A DNA stretch of 64,000 nucleotides from Chrysomallon squamiferum (lineage: Eukaryota; Animalia; Mollusca): assembly GCA_012295275.1 (NCBI GenBank), contig CM022667.1, forward strand, positions 1,426,001-1,490,000, in the 5' to 3' direction. Shown here one piece after another: positions 28,763 to 43,551 of the stretch; positions within the stretch are counted from its first letter, which is position 1; every line of letters begins with the position of its first letter. A program made the translations under genes and the position numbers. Below the pieces are notes generated by a model. It saw nothing but the letters and a program-made list of their open reading frames with translations, made no database searches and was not told the DNA's origin.

Positions 28763-30736
28763 TTCAGCTATACTTTCGAGACAGTGAGCTGGAAACACTT
28801 TACAGAAAGTACATCGTTCAGATGAAGAAACCTCTCGTGGTTGTCTACCTCATCACCCTCATCACAGTGTGCATCGTTGTCCTCCTCATCGACGTTGCTA
28901 TGAGAAATGCGGCAAGTGAAAACATTTTTTTTTTTGAAATCATCATAGCTATCTGTATATTAGTTTACTAGGTGAAAGAGTTTGTATATGGTTCTCTTAA
29001 TGGTTCAGATTAAACACAATGGAAGATAATTCTGTGGTGTTAGTAGTGGATGCTCTTGTAATATCACATGACCTGTTTTTCCCATTCCACCCAATGCTCC
29101 ATTTTATCACAGGAATATGAATGGCTTTTTATGAGTTTTTTGAAATTTTAAAATATAAATTTATTTAATCCTAGAATATGATAGTCAGAAATCAATGTAG
29201 AAATTAAAGATAGGTATCAATGAAAAAATAATTGATTAGAATTAAAAATAAATTTTTTAAAATTTATTTAAGTTTTTGAATCATTTATCTGAAATCAAAT
29301 TTGTTTTTAAAAAATGTTATCATTTCTTTATCTAGAATCAGATTATATGGATTTCAGATATAAAATGAATATAAAATTTTTTATATATATTTTTTTTTAA
29401 TTTTATTTTCCTAGAGTATTTTCACTTGATACCGATATAAACATTAAAGAAATAATTTTTAAAAATGTTTAAATTTTTTTTACTTTATCTAGAACCTGAT
29501 TGGCTGGAACCAAATAGCGCAGTTAACTGTCCTAAGCTTTGGAGTTCTTCTCGGTCTTCTTCTTCTCTTCCTCTTTGGATTCAAAAACATTTTCATTCAG
29601 CACACATCTCTTCTGTCTGCTGTCATGTGGATCGTGTGCGTGGTCATCATCAACCTCTACTTCGGCTTCAGCCAGTTCCGTCACCCCAACAGATGATGTT
29701 CCCATTTTGTATTACACGACGCTGATATCGTACATGGTGTTGCCGGTGTCGCAGAAGTGGTCAGTTCTGATTGGTGGATGTTCTTTGGTTGGGCAGTTGC
29801 TGTTGTCGGGACTGCTGTCGAACCGGATGCAGGAGTCGATGTCATTGCAGATGCTCGCCAATGCTGTGATATTCCTCTGTGCCAACGGTGTTGGAATCTT
29901 TCACAAGTTCTTGTCCGATTTTGCTCACCGAAGAGCGTTTCTTGATGCCCGGTATTCTGTCGAGTCCATGGTGAATTTGGAACGGGAGAAAAAGCAGCAG
30001 GTAAGAGTGGGCTTCGTTAAGTTTGTACGTGTTGAAAGAATATATATAAAAAAAATTAAAAAATTAATATAGTTTTTGTGAATTATGGATTTTTTTTTTT
30101 TTTTTTTTTGTTTTAAAAGAAAATAGATTTGGTTAATTATGATTATGTAAAAATTATATGAATTTTTTTTGGGAGGGAGTGTATGTTTTCTCATTAACTA
30201 TATTAATGTTTTCTGAGATAGGAGTAAAAAATGATGGTAGAAAATTGTTGAATAAATGTGATTTTATTATGTCTCATTGAAAAAAAAAAAATAAAATAAA
30301 ATATAAAAACAACTAAATAAATAATATTAAAGAAAGGACAGAAGTTCAGTAATGATACCGATTATAATGATAATTATAATGATGATGGGAATAAAAGTGA
30401 TGATGACAATGATGATGCTACTAGCAACTGCAGTAGCAGTAGTAATAATAATAATAACAAAAACAATGATAATAATAATAATCAAAATAATAATAATAAT
30501 GATGATGATAATGTTGACAATGACGATGATGACGTCGTACTTGCAGGAAGAGTTGCTTGCTAGTTGTATTCCGAGCTCTCTCGTCAAAGTGATGAAGGAG
30601 GATTTAAGACAACAGATGATGAGAAAAACTCCTAAACTGTCCCCTTTCCAAGACTTGTATGTGCAGCATTACGAAAATGTCAGGTAAAAAAAAACAACTT
30701 TATAACCAATGAACTCTTTCCCAAAACACACCCCCA

Positions 30737-30768
<32 letters not shown>

Positions 30769-33700
30769 CTGTTTTCTGTTTATTAGATGACTAACATGTC
30801 CTTCTGTTAATATAAAATGTTATGTTCTAATGTTGTGGATTTCACTCGTTAAAATGGCAGGACAAAAGTTGTGACAGTTTTCCTGTCTGTGGGTAGGTTT
30901 ATATAAAAGCAAATATTTTGCTACAGAATGAAAAAAAAAAAGTAACCAAGAAGCAGGTTCCTTTTCTTAATATCTGTATGGTCTTTTAACATATATCACT
31001 GTAATTGAGAAATATTTTGAGTGTCTTTTAAGATAAATCACTGTAAATTAAAGATATAACTCATGAATGAAACTACAAAGTGTCTTTGATGTCTTTTATT
31101 ATTGTAAACTAAAAGAATTTAACACTCAAAAATGAAGCTATATAATTGTTAATAAAAAAAACATCTTCAGTGTCTTTATGACATAATAATATTGAAAATT
31201 AAAAATTTAACACAGGAACAAAGCTATATACTTGTAAATTAAAAACATCTTGAGTGTCTTTTAACATACGTTATTGTAAATCAAAAATTTAACAGTATCA
31301 CTGAAGCTATATAATTGTAAATTTAAACAAATCTTGAGTGTCTTGTTAAATAAAACCTTGTTTTCTTCCCAGCCAGTATTGATTTTGTCCTGGGATTCAT
31401 TATATTCTATGATTGGACACCACCAATCTCTGCATAAAACATTCGTTTTATCTGTTTATCATTGGCAGACTTCAATTTGTAAGAAATCTGTAATAGTGTA
31501 AAGATTTAGTTTGTTCTGTACAGAAATGTTTTCTAATAATACTGTTATTGATGTTAAGATTTTTATTGTTTTTTTATTTGTTTTTTTATTTGTTTATTTG
31601 TTTGTTTGTTTGTTTATTTATTCTATATACTTATTTTATATTAATGAAATAAATCAAAATTTTCTTAATCTTTTAATAATATCTATCTATGTGTTTGCAT
31701 ATCATTATTTTTAGACAGTTTGATTAATGTTACATAATTAAAAAAAAATTTTTTTTTTTTAAATAATTTCTTTTTCTTTCTTTTTTTTTTAATCAAAAAT
31801 GCATGTTATTATTTTTTATACTTAACACAAATTAAAGATATCTTAATTTTTACACAGAGCTGATAAACTTTAGTAGGTTTCTTAAAGAGTTAGAATCAAC
31901 TAAACCAACTCTTGAGTTTTACCCATGGTTGATAATAGATCAATATAAACAGTTTATTCCAAGTTATTATTTTATTGTTGTAGGTCACCTACCTTTGCTG
32001 ATAATAAAGTAATTCAAAAAAGTAATACTGTTACACATGATCATTGTCACACAGTTACCATTACACAGTTTATATATACAAACATGGCTATATCATTGTG
32101 TCTTTTTATTATGTCTGGTATCTAATAACAAGGATGCAATGCATTTGTTAGAACACATTATGACTTGTGGAATCAGTCATTTTTAGGACATTTCACAATC
32201 TAACCAGAGCTCACACAATGTATTTATCAAACATTGAGTTTTACTGTTTGTGAGAAGGTACCTACAACAGACTCCTCTTTGCTACTGAAAAAGGGTAACC
32301 TCCTTGTGTTACAATGCCAGTGGGTTTCCTTTGTCTTTATCTGTTTAGTCCTTAACCATGTATGTTTTATGTCACAGAACCTCAGATCAAAAATATGCAT
32401 TGTTAAACAAAACACATACCTTCCTTCCTAATATCAGCTTTCCATTGTTTTGGACAGCTAAAGCTGGTTCATATGACTTTGCTGCCTGGAAAGACAGCAT
32501 CAAAGTACTGACAGATGAGTAATGATTATTTTGTGCATTAGTTTATGAAAACTTTCCAGGGGGTAAACACAATGAAGACACACCCATGGTTGTGTCTATA
32601 ACTTCAGCAGCTCTGTAAGCAGTAAATAAATAACATTTGGAATTTTTGTAAATTAGTTAATGAAGCTAAAGTTAAAGTACTGATTTTTATGACTGGGTTA
32701 TCAGAATTTATGTGACTGTAATATGATTTATATCAGTTGAATGGTACAAGTTAAAGACTAATTTATTTTAATGAGTAATAAAATGTTGACATGAGGAATG
32801 ATGTGTGCTTTCTGCCAGGGGAAACAGCACATACAAAAGATTACATTCTTCTGACATAAATAGGTGGAGATGTACCTGAAGCTGACTGGAATAGCTGGAA
32901 AGTGAAAAACACTGCTTCTGGCTATTGCTGTAATTAAGAGATTGAGGATTGAGTTCTGGTTCACTGGTTAGAGTAATATTAACATGAAACATATAATGGG
33001 ATTTATTATGCCTTTTGAAATAGTCTTTGGGTTTTATCCAGTTCCAACTGCTTCGTGAATCATGATTAACATGTATTGACTTGAAAACATATCATGGGAT
33101 TTATACTCGAAACCTTCTTTGGGCTTTATCCAGTTCCGGACAGCATTTCATGACTGGTTTTTTTAAAGGTGTATATGTTTATGTCATTTGAATGGTATCT
33201 GTTTAACTGATAAAAGAGTGTTGGCATGAGATGTATCACTGGAAATTTACTTCTTGAAACAGATATTTGGGCTTTATCCAGTTCCAAATAGTGCTCCATG
33301 TCTGCCAGGTTGTGGTACATATATCAGTGGACTGCTGTGTGTAAAAGATCACATTGTTCTTACTGATAAAAACAGCTGATTGAATAGAAGACACTGATTT
33401 CCTTTTTTTGTGTCATTTGTATAAAAAACAAACATATCACTGAACTTTTGTAACTTAGTAAAATATTAAAAATGAGTTACTCGTAAACAAGTATTTATTT
33501 ATTCTAACAGCTTTGCTAAAACATTTAGCTAATTATAATAATTACTTATATGTATATATGTATGTATGTATGTATGCATATATGTATATAAGTATGTATA
33601 TGAATGTCCTTTAGTTTCCTCTCTGTATGTGCAAAAATATTTATATGTTTAAAAGTTTCAATTTGTATATATTCACATGTAAAATTATGTCGGCCATTTG

Positions 33701-34699
33701 CATGTTAACAGAAATGAAATAAATCTTGGGTAAAACTTTTAAAATATCTTGGATATAAGAAACCTGTGTATTAAACTTCATTTTTTGATATTTAATATAA
33801 CGCTGACAATTTCTGGTTATGCTTGTGTTCAGAATTAAATAATAATAATTATTATTATTATTTTTTTTTTTTTGTCCTGTGCAGTATTTTGTATGCGGAC
33901 ATAGTGAACTTCACACCACTTGCCTCCGAATGCACTGCTGCAGAGCTGATCAAAATGCTTAATGAGCTGTTTGGAAGATTCGATCAGTTAGCAAAGGTCT
34001 GTCAGATTTAATTTTTAATTTCACATCATTCTCTCTTTTCTTGCTCTGTCTTCATCTTTCTCTTCCTCTTTTTCTTTTCGGTCCTTCCATTTCTTTCTGC
34101 ATCTCCTGCCTGTTTTTCTGTCTGCATGCTCATTCTCTGTCAACTCCATGTTTTTCTCATTCTTCTGTCTTCCTTTTTGAAAAAAAAAAAAATTTTTTTT
34201 TTTTCTGTCTCTTCCTTTCTCTCATTTTGTTCAGTCTGTCTATCTACATAATTATAATAAAAACTGCTGTTGTTGTTTAAAAACAAAATACATCTGAATA
34301 ATAACAATATTGGTTTCATTCTTTAAATATTTGACCAGTTATTAACAGTTAATATCAGTATCATTGCAATGACCTTAGACAAAAACTAATTCTTTCTTTC
34401 TTTCATCTTATCTTTATTTCTTCTTCTTCTGTTTTTTTTTCTTCTTTTAATCTTCATTATAATGTAAAGACTTCTGTTTTAAAATGTTCTTGTCTTAAAT
34501 TTCTTTTTTTTTTTTTTTAAATATCAGAAATGTAATTGTATGAGAATAAAGATCTTGGGGGACTGTTACTACTGCCTGTCAGGTGTCCCCACCCCAGACA
34601 AAGAACACGCCTCTAACTGTGTACGCATGGGACTCACCATGATTGATGTTATAAGGTTTGTGTCATTACGTTTTTCATTTTTAATAATAATAATAATAA

Positions 34700-34760
<61 letters not shown>

Positions 34761-34771
34761 TAATAATAATA

Positions 34772-34802
<31 letters not shown>

Positions 34803-34974
34803 AATAATTAGTAATAATAATAATAATATAATAATAACAATAATAATAATGATAATAATAATATAGTAATAATAATAATAATAATAAAAATAATAATAAT
34901 AATAAATATAATAATAATAATAATAATAATAATATAATACTAATGATAATAATACAATAATGACAATAATAATA

Positions 34975-35009
<35 letters not shown>

Positions 35010-35020
35010 TAGTAATAATA

Positions 35021-35057
<37 letters not shown>

Positions 35058-35168
35058 GTAGTAATAGTAGTAGTAGAAGTAGCAGTTGTTGTAGTTGTAA
35101 AGTATCAATATCATATTGTCAACAATACTGCCATCGCTAACACTATCATTATCACCATTATCATAACT

Positions 35169-35201
<33 letters not shown>

Positions 35202-38200
35202 TTTATTCCTACCCAGCTGTATAAAATACAATCAGCAGAACCATTCAGTCTTTATTCAAGAAACAGACTTGCCCTCTTTAAATATTCAGTAATCAATTCT
35301 TTATCACAGAACAAATAGACTGGTATCTGTTAATGCATTATTATTGCTTTATTTACAGTCAACATCAACTTAATCATTAGAAGATGTCAGTAATAAGCTG
35401 CACTCATTGAAATATCTTTAAACATTTTTTTTTTTTAATTTCTAGTCATTTAATAAATATTCATAGCAAATCAGATATCCAATAAATAAATAATGCTTGA
35501 TGGAAACGATTAATTTCTCTTGAAAATGAATCTGAGATAACATAACATGGTAACAAAATTTTGTTTGGATGTTATCATGAATATTAATGTCACCTAAACT
35601 TTACTAAAATGAACTATGTTTGCTTTATAATAATGATTATTATTATTGCCATTATTATTATTATTATTATTATTAGTAGTAGTATTATTAGTATTAGTAT
35701 TAGTATTATTATTATTATTATTATTGTTGTTGTTGTTGTTGTTGTTGTTTTTTTGTTGTTACATAATTTTTTTAAAGAATAATCTTATGTAAAATTCTCT
35801 TTTAACTTAATTCACAGTGAGCGACATCAGGTCAATCGATAATCAAAATGAAACCAGTGTAGCATGACAATTACTGTCTAACAAAAACCTTTAGATTACC
35901 GTTCTAACATTTCATTCGCATTAATTCTTCAGAGCCTACAAATAAAAACCTGACATTTCCACCGCTAAAACCCTCCACTTCAATCATTAATTCTTCAGAA
36001 TAAATGGAAGAAGAAGAAAAAAAAAGCAACAAAAAAAGAGAAAGAAACACTGTTGACTTTTCCATTATTTAAAGTCATGTGGTGACCTACATTGGTAAAT
36101 GTAATGGAATGATTATCAAAGAGAATTGAAGTAAGGAAAGTGATACAGTCTTGCCCCTTGAGTTTTCTGCTAATCAATTTATTGTCAGAGGAAAATTGGG
36201 AAGGTTGTTTTCTGCCTGATTGATTGGCATGCCTGGCAATCAGTCATTTTTAATGTCACCCATGTCCTAGAGCAGCTTGACGTGTGCAAGACATTTGTAT
36301 ACCGTTTTCTAAAAAACTAATTATGATAGCTTGACGGTTTTTAAATTAATATTACGTCATTTTGCTGTTTATTTTTTGTTCTTCTTCTTGTTGCTGCTGC
36401 TGTTGTTGTTACTACTGTTGTGTTTATTATTATTATTATTATTAATATTACATTATATTTCATTGTTAATGTTTAGGGAAGAAAAATATGGAGCTCTTGA
36501 ACAAATTGTATATTCAAGAGATTAATGCATTATTAGTAATATTGAAGTTTTATTGTTTAAAAAAAAAAAATAATAATAAAGAAAAATATTTCTCATAATT
36601 CTCTTTGGATTCTACTTAATATCATATTATTTATTTATATTTTCATATTTAATCAAAACTAAAATTAAAAAAAAATATATACCTATTGTACAAACACACA
36701 CATGCATCCAAACACTCACACATAACACTTTGAACAAGCATACGCACACGAGCACATACAAATCCCCCAACACACACACACACACACAAGTCTACGAACT
36801 GCCAAGCATTTTCTAGCACACAAACATTTCACATTTCCAGGGAGGTTCGGGAAGCTACGGGTGTGAGTGTGGACATGCGTATTGGGGTGCACACAGGTTC
36901 TGTCTTGTGTGGGGTTCTTGGACTGCGCAAGTGGCAGTACGACGTCTGGTCTGATGACGTCACGACAGCCAACCAGATGGAGTCTGCTGGAGTACCAGGG
37001 TCAGTTTTACTTTGTTATTTATAATTTCGTTTATTTTTAATATTAATTTTTATTTCGTTTATTTTAAATATGAACTTTAATTTTGTTTATTTTTAAATAT
37101 GAACTTTAATTTCGTTTATTTTAAATATGAACTTTAATTTCGTTTATTTTAATATGAACTTTAATTTTGTTTATTTTAATATGAATTTTAATTTCATTTA
37201 TTTAAATATGAACTTTAATTAAAAAAAAAAAAAAAAAAAAAATGAGGACTGTTTATTATTAGAACATGACACCATATTTGTTTTTTTTTTTTTACACAAT
37301 ATAAAAAATAAATAAATAAATAAAAAAGAATAAAATAATAATAATTATAATAAAAAGACAAACAACAACAATAAATAAATAACTTATAGAAATTGAAAAA
37401 AAAACAACAACAACAGAAAAAACACATAATTTATAAATTATAGAAATAAAAACTTTAAAAATTTTAATGGAAGTTATCATCTTGTATTTTTGTCCTGCAG
37501 GCGAGTTCACATTTCCCAGAAGACACTGGACTGTCTGGATGGTCAGTATGAAGTGGAGCCAGGAGATGGATACAAAAGAAGCGCTTACATTACACAGAAA
37601 AACATTCAGACTTACTTTGTCGTTCCTCTTCAGAGAAGGGTAAAGATTTTTATTAAGATATTCAGCCATTTTCTTTTTTTACTGAGTGTTTTCTGTTAAA
37701 ATATTCAGCCATTTTCTTTTTTTATTGACTGTTTTCAAAGGTTCAAGGCAAAAAGTAATGAAAAATTGGATGTGAATAATATTTGAATGAAAGTAGGAGA
37801 CTTTAAGTTACAGAAGGATCAAGATGATCAGCCATGATGATGATGATGATGATACAACTTCTATCACTATTACTACTTGTGCTATTGCTACTATTACTGC
37901 TATTGTTACTACTACTGTTATAACTATTGTTACTGCTTCTACTACTATGCTACTATTACTGCTATTATTGCTACTTACACTACCGCTATTGTTACTACTA
38001 CTATTACTAGTAATTCTATTGTTACTGTTAATACTGTTACTACTACTACTACCTCTGCTACCTCTGCTACCACTAAAACAACTACTACTGCTTCTACTAC
38101 TACTGATTCTACTACAACTTCTTCTACTATTACTATTATTATACCAGCACTACTATCATTACTTCTACTGAAAATGTTATTGTTGTTATTTAAATAGTAA

Positions 38201-39272
38201 AGAAAAGAAGAAAAAAACCAGAATGACCCATAAAACATATTTGCTGTTCCAAAAGTTAAAACAAAACTCATTCACTGTTGTTTTCAAAAAAGAACTATAA
38301 AAACCAAACAACAGCAACAACAAAAAAAAAAAAAAAATTAAAATCTTCATTTTTTATTATATTATTTTGTTGTTGTTGTTTATATGGTACATATAAGTAT
38401 TAGATACCAGATCATTATAAATCAGATCATTTATCATCACCATCATTATTATTAATATCATTTTTATTACATTGTCATCATATTACATTATTATTGCTAT
38501 TATTATATTATTGTTCTCCCCATAAGAAAATCATTTATTATTACTATCATCATTTTCATTATTATATTGTTTATTACATCACATTATCATCAAAATCATC
38601 ATTCTGTTATTATCATCTTCATTATTATATTATCATAATCATTTTTAATATTATTATAACTTAATTTCATCAGCCATTTGCTTTTCTTTTACATGTAGTA
38701 CTTAACAGTCTATTAAATATTACTAATAATCATAAAAATTAGTTCTTAATCATTATCATCAGCACCACCATCATCATCACCATCAACATCATCATCATCA
38801 TTACTGGAGAAGAAAAAAAAAACACACCCAAAAAACAACAACAACAAACAAACATTAGGGTCCTACCAGCAAAAAGACACGATCTCTCCCACACAAAGAC
38901 CACATTTAGTTTTTATCACAATACATCACACACATTAGAGACCTTATTACCTGAGATGAAATCACCTAATAAAGATCACTTTTATTACTTTATTTCGAGG
39001 CAGGCTTCATATTCAGTGTACTGTTGTACTGTTGTTGGTAGTGGGTTATTATTTTTTTATTATTATTTAATTGAAGATCCAGATCAGAACTGAAGTCGGT
39101 TTGGAAGGAATGTGCAGTCGTTGTCAGTCTGGTCAATGAACTGTAAAATTAAGACTTTTGTTTTGATTGTAACTGCCAGTGGCCTGATGTGTTATTTTCA
39201 TATGTTTTTTTCTTGAGGTTTTAGTTTCTGTTTGTTTTTTCTTTCTTTGTTTTCTTCTTCTTCTTCTTCTCT

Positions 39273-39349
<77 letters not shown>

Positions 39350-39496
39350 TGCATTTTTTAATTTTTTCTTTTTATCACATACATTAATGAACTGATTTGT
39401 TAACTCTTTTTCTTTTTTCTTTTTTTTCTTCTTATTCTTATTTCTTTTTTTTACTTTCTTTTCTTTTTCTTGCTTATTTCTATATTATTATTATTA

Positions 39497-39538
<42 letters not shown>

Positions 39539-40978
39539 GTTATATTTATTATTATTATTATTATTTTACAACATTAATTATTCTAAAATATAAATAAAAA
39601 TGAAGCAAAAAGCTTAAGAAAACCTTTCATATCTAAAATTGGATAAAAAAAGACAACAACTCTTTGATAATATCAAAAAATGTTATACTAATGTCTTTGC
39701 ACGTTCACACATCGAAATTATTCCAGTTGTTCAAACACGAATAAAAATACGATTATTTTCCAAAAAGCTTAACATTAATCTCACCTCATTATAGAAACAG
39801 ATAAATATTAATATGATATTAATATATTTTTCGCACTGACAACCAGAGATTAATAAAGCAGATAAGCTGACAGCAGGAACTGTCATATAATGTATTAACC
39901 CTTTGAACCCTGGTGCATATAACAACCAAAACAGCTCAACCCTGTGTCAAAAGTGTCAATTTTACACATGACTTCTTTCAGTTTTATGAAACTCTGTATG
40001 GTCCAAATAAACAGAAGGTATTACCTACATCAGCGCAAGGGTCTTTTTTTTTTTTTTTTGCAGCTAGTTATGATTACGGCTTTTGTATGTTTGGCTGGTG
40101 AAGAGACCGTGAGATTCTCATTAACACTTTTGATTTCTGCACCCACCTACAGTGATCAGTTATGGCATTCGTGGTATTTTGAATCTCTGATGAATTATAT
40201 CATATTCTCATCAGTCCCGTACAATAGCTTATTGTGTATTGTTTGCTCTTGTCACGATTCAGATGTTGGCTGATAATACTGTCTTTGCTAATGATGAAGT
40301 CAGAACTGATATATATCTATATATATACATTGAAAGAAAATTTGAATATATGTAACTAAATAAATATAAATATAATGTAATTAATATAGGAGCAAGTAGG
40401 GGTTAATGTAATTGGTAGAATGATGATAATTAAGTTTTATTAATATTTTATGTGCAAATCACACAGTAATAAACAGTAACCTAAAAAGCATAATTATACC
40501 ATTTTGAAAAATAAAACAATTTTCAGAAAAGTTTCAATGAATGTTTATACTGTAGGCAATATCTGTAAGTTATTTCTTAATATTATCATTATTTAAAAAA
40601 AAAAAAAAATTATAATATTAGGAACAGGAATTTTTAAATTTTTTATAATCATTTCTCAATTACACATATCACATTCCAACTTTTCATTTCTTTAAATGAA
40701 ACATTAATTAAAAGATGATTATGTAATTGAATTATTGGCAGGCTATGGTCTGTTAAAAAAAAGAATTTATAATCAATATTTTGACAAGTAACACACATTT
40801 ACTGGAGAATGTTTAAATTGTTTTTATTTATACAAGTATTGATTTAAAAAAAAAGAAAAACAAAAAGAAATAAAACATCTTTATTATTTCTTCAGCAAAT
40901 GACATCAGTTGTCATCCATTATTTTGATATATGTATGGAATATACATTTCTCATATCTTCCTTAATATAAATATACTG

Positions 40979-41020
<42 letters not shown>

Positions 41021-43022
41021 GTAAGAATACATAGAATGTCTGTTTCAAAAATGTTATAACTTCTAATCTATGCATGATACATTTATCTGTATAGAATTAT
41101 GGTATAATTGAAAAACAGTTACAAAATGTATTTCTAGAACTTCAGAATCGTATTATCTCAGTATCCATAGTGACTGTGGTCATGTTGAAAATTAAGAATC
41201 TCCACAATAAATATATTTTAGTATTCAAAAATTATTTTCTCTTATTCTTTTTACAGATAATTCTATCATGCATAAATCGGACTTTATCAAATAAAAAAAT
41301 AAAAAATTCTGCTACATGAAATCATAGATTACTTTCATCAGCCATTTTCTTTCCTTTCACATGTAGTAACAAAACGGTGTATTAAATATTATTAATAATC
41401 ATTAAAAAAAAAGTGCTGATATTAATTTGTTATTATTTGTATTGACCTATGCAACCAATAAGACTGGACATGGTTAAACAACAGACACCATTTCATTAAT
41501 TTATCTTTTTAAAAATAGACTGGATAGTTTCATTGTCTTTTTGTGTTTTTGTTGTTTTTTTAAATATAAAAGTTACATCTTTTGTTAAGTTTTGTTCTCA
41601 TTTTATATAAATGAATTTATTCATGGTTATTTCCTATTGTAATATGGCCTGTCTGCATTAATACTGTCCATGTATTTGTTGGAAAATGTAAAATGAATTA
41701 TCAGGGACATTTATAATAGTGTGCTTTGTGAAATCATGAAATAACCTATTACAGTTTGTACAAAGTAAGATGATTGTTGTATTTGGTAAAATAAAATTTT
41801 GATAAATATATAGCACAACAATAACCTGACCATTTGTGTTTCTGTTTTTTTTTTCTTTTCAAGATGCAAATATCCCTACTAGACTGGGTACAAGAAAAAA
41901 AAAAAAAATAATAATAAAAATTAAATAAATAAATAAAACTTATATAATATAAAGTATTGTTGTTTTTAAATTTTTATTATATTTATTATATATGTAATAA
42001 AGAATATACTGGCTAAAACTGGTGGTAAGATACATTCAACACAAATATGATTTAAACAATTTAATATTTAAATCTTCAACATGAAGATTACAGAAAACTC
42101 AGTAACACGAACTAATTACAAAACTTGATATTACACTTTATCACATGACCACTGACCTTGAACTTTGACCTTGAAATAAAAAGTAATATATATTCCTTTA
42201 TGACCATCATGTTTGGATATTATTTTTAAGCATCATATACAATTAAAAAAAAAAATATATATAAAAAAATAAACAAAAATAAACAAAATAAAAAATATTA
42301 CTTTAGTCACTTTATTTTTGGTAAATTATAAACATACATTATTATGGTAAGTAAAAATAAATACATGTAGATAAATAATGTTTCAAACAGAAATTACTTA
42401 TTGTTTGTTAACAGCTGACTTTGTTTTTATTTTGTTTTTATTTTGTTTTTTTTCAGCCTCGGAAACAGCGGTTGGCAAGGACGAGGTATGAGAGCAACAT
42501 GCGTGCATCAGTGAAGGTCACAAAATATCTGGAGACCTGGGGAATTGATAAACCATTTTCAAATCTGAAAGCTCCATCCATGGTTTCTAAAGTATTGAGT
42601 CTGACAGTAAGTCTTAATTTTCTGACACAAACAAGTCTTACATATATATTTACATACATACACATACACACATACATACATACATGCATACAGATTGACA
42701 TTACATACATGTTGTTCATTTTAAAATTCTTTTGTGCAATCATACTTTAAAGTAGTATTTCACAAATAGTATATTATACAATATTCAAAGGTAAATATAT
42801 ATATATATATATAAAATGTATAATATAAGAAAATATAAAATGTATAATATAAGAAAAAATAAAATAATAATGAAAGAAGCAAATCCCAATCTGTAGAAAA
42901 GAGTTTACTGAAAATAGTAATAAAATAATAATATTTGTTAATGCATTTGGCAATAAAACCAAAAAAAACAACCTGTAACTCAAAGCAAGACTTTATGAAC
43001 AGTATTTAAAGAAACCACAGTA

Positions 43023-43094
<72 letters not shown>

Positions 43095-43520
43095 CATCAT
43101 GCAGACAAAATCCTAATAGTATAGAAAAAAAAGATTGACTAAAATTAACAATATAAAGAAAGAAAGAAAGAAATTAATAAAAAAAGAAAAAGGAATGGTG
43201 AAAAAATGTTTTACTTCAAACTGGAAAGAGATGTCTGATTCTTCTAACAACATATTTATTGAATTGAAACAAATGTCTAAAGTGTTCTGTTAATATGAAA
43301 AGAAATGTTAAATGGTTTTGTATTAGAAATTGCATTAGGAAAACGTAATTCTGAGTGCTCTTGATTCAGAATTACATTAGGCAAATGACATTTTTTTCCA
43401 TGATGCTATTTTCCTGAAATCACTTCTGTTTGTTTTAGAGTCTGGCATTGGTTGATACAAACTTTATCATGCATTCTGAGGGCATTGATCATGGGTGAGT
43501 TTCAGTTACTTAATTACTAT

Positions 43521-43551
<31 letters not shown>

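Noticed and set aside
29539-29682. N-terminal part of ORF 29539..30072 (MEFFSVFF...STSASASS) as real protein
   Set aside because: That frame is closed by TGA at 29497-29499 near the acceptor and is not membrane-like; the true TM2-3 are in the adjacent frame.
32230-33330. GC-richer intronic block with several 60-74 aa ORFs and a degenerate repeat (tttatccagttcc)
   Set aside because: No recognisable domain or phase-compatible exon; probably a decayed repeat.
36955-36962. Perfect CRE palindrome TGACGTCA inside a cAMP-synthesis gene
   Set aside because: It lies in a conserved coding exon (D-D-V-T codons); one 8-mer in 64 kb is unremarkable.
40064-40097. Possible extra cyclase exon after the strong acceptor ttttgcag at 40063
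   Set aside because: The 34-nt segment to the next GT would break the frame between phase-0 exons 8 and 9, and it shows no cyclase similarity.
38665-41405. About 70-bp similar segments at about 38668 and 41336 as terminal repeats of an element
   Set aside because: Short, degenerate and AT-rich, with no internal ORF or target-site duplication; likely small dispersed repeat fragments.
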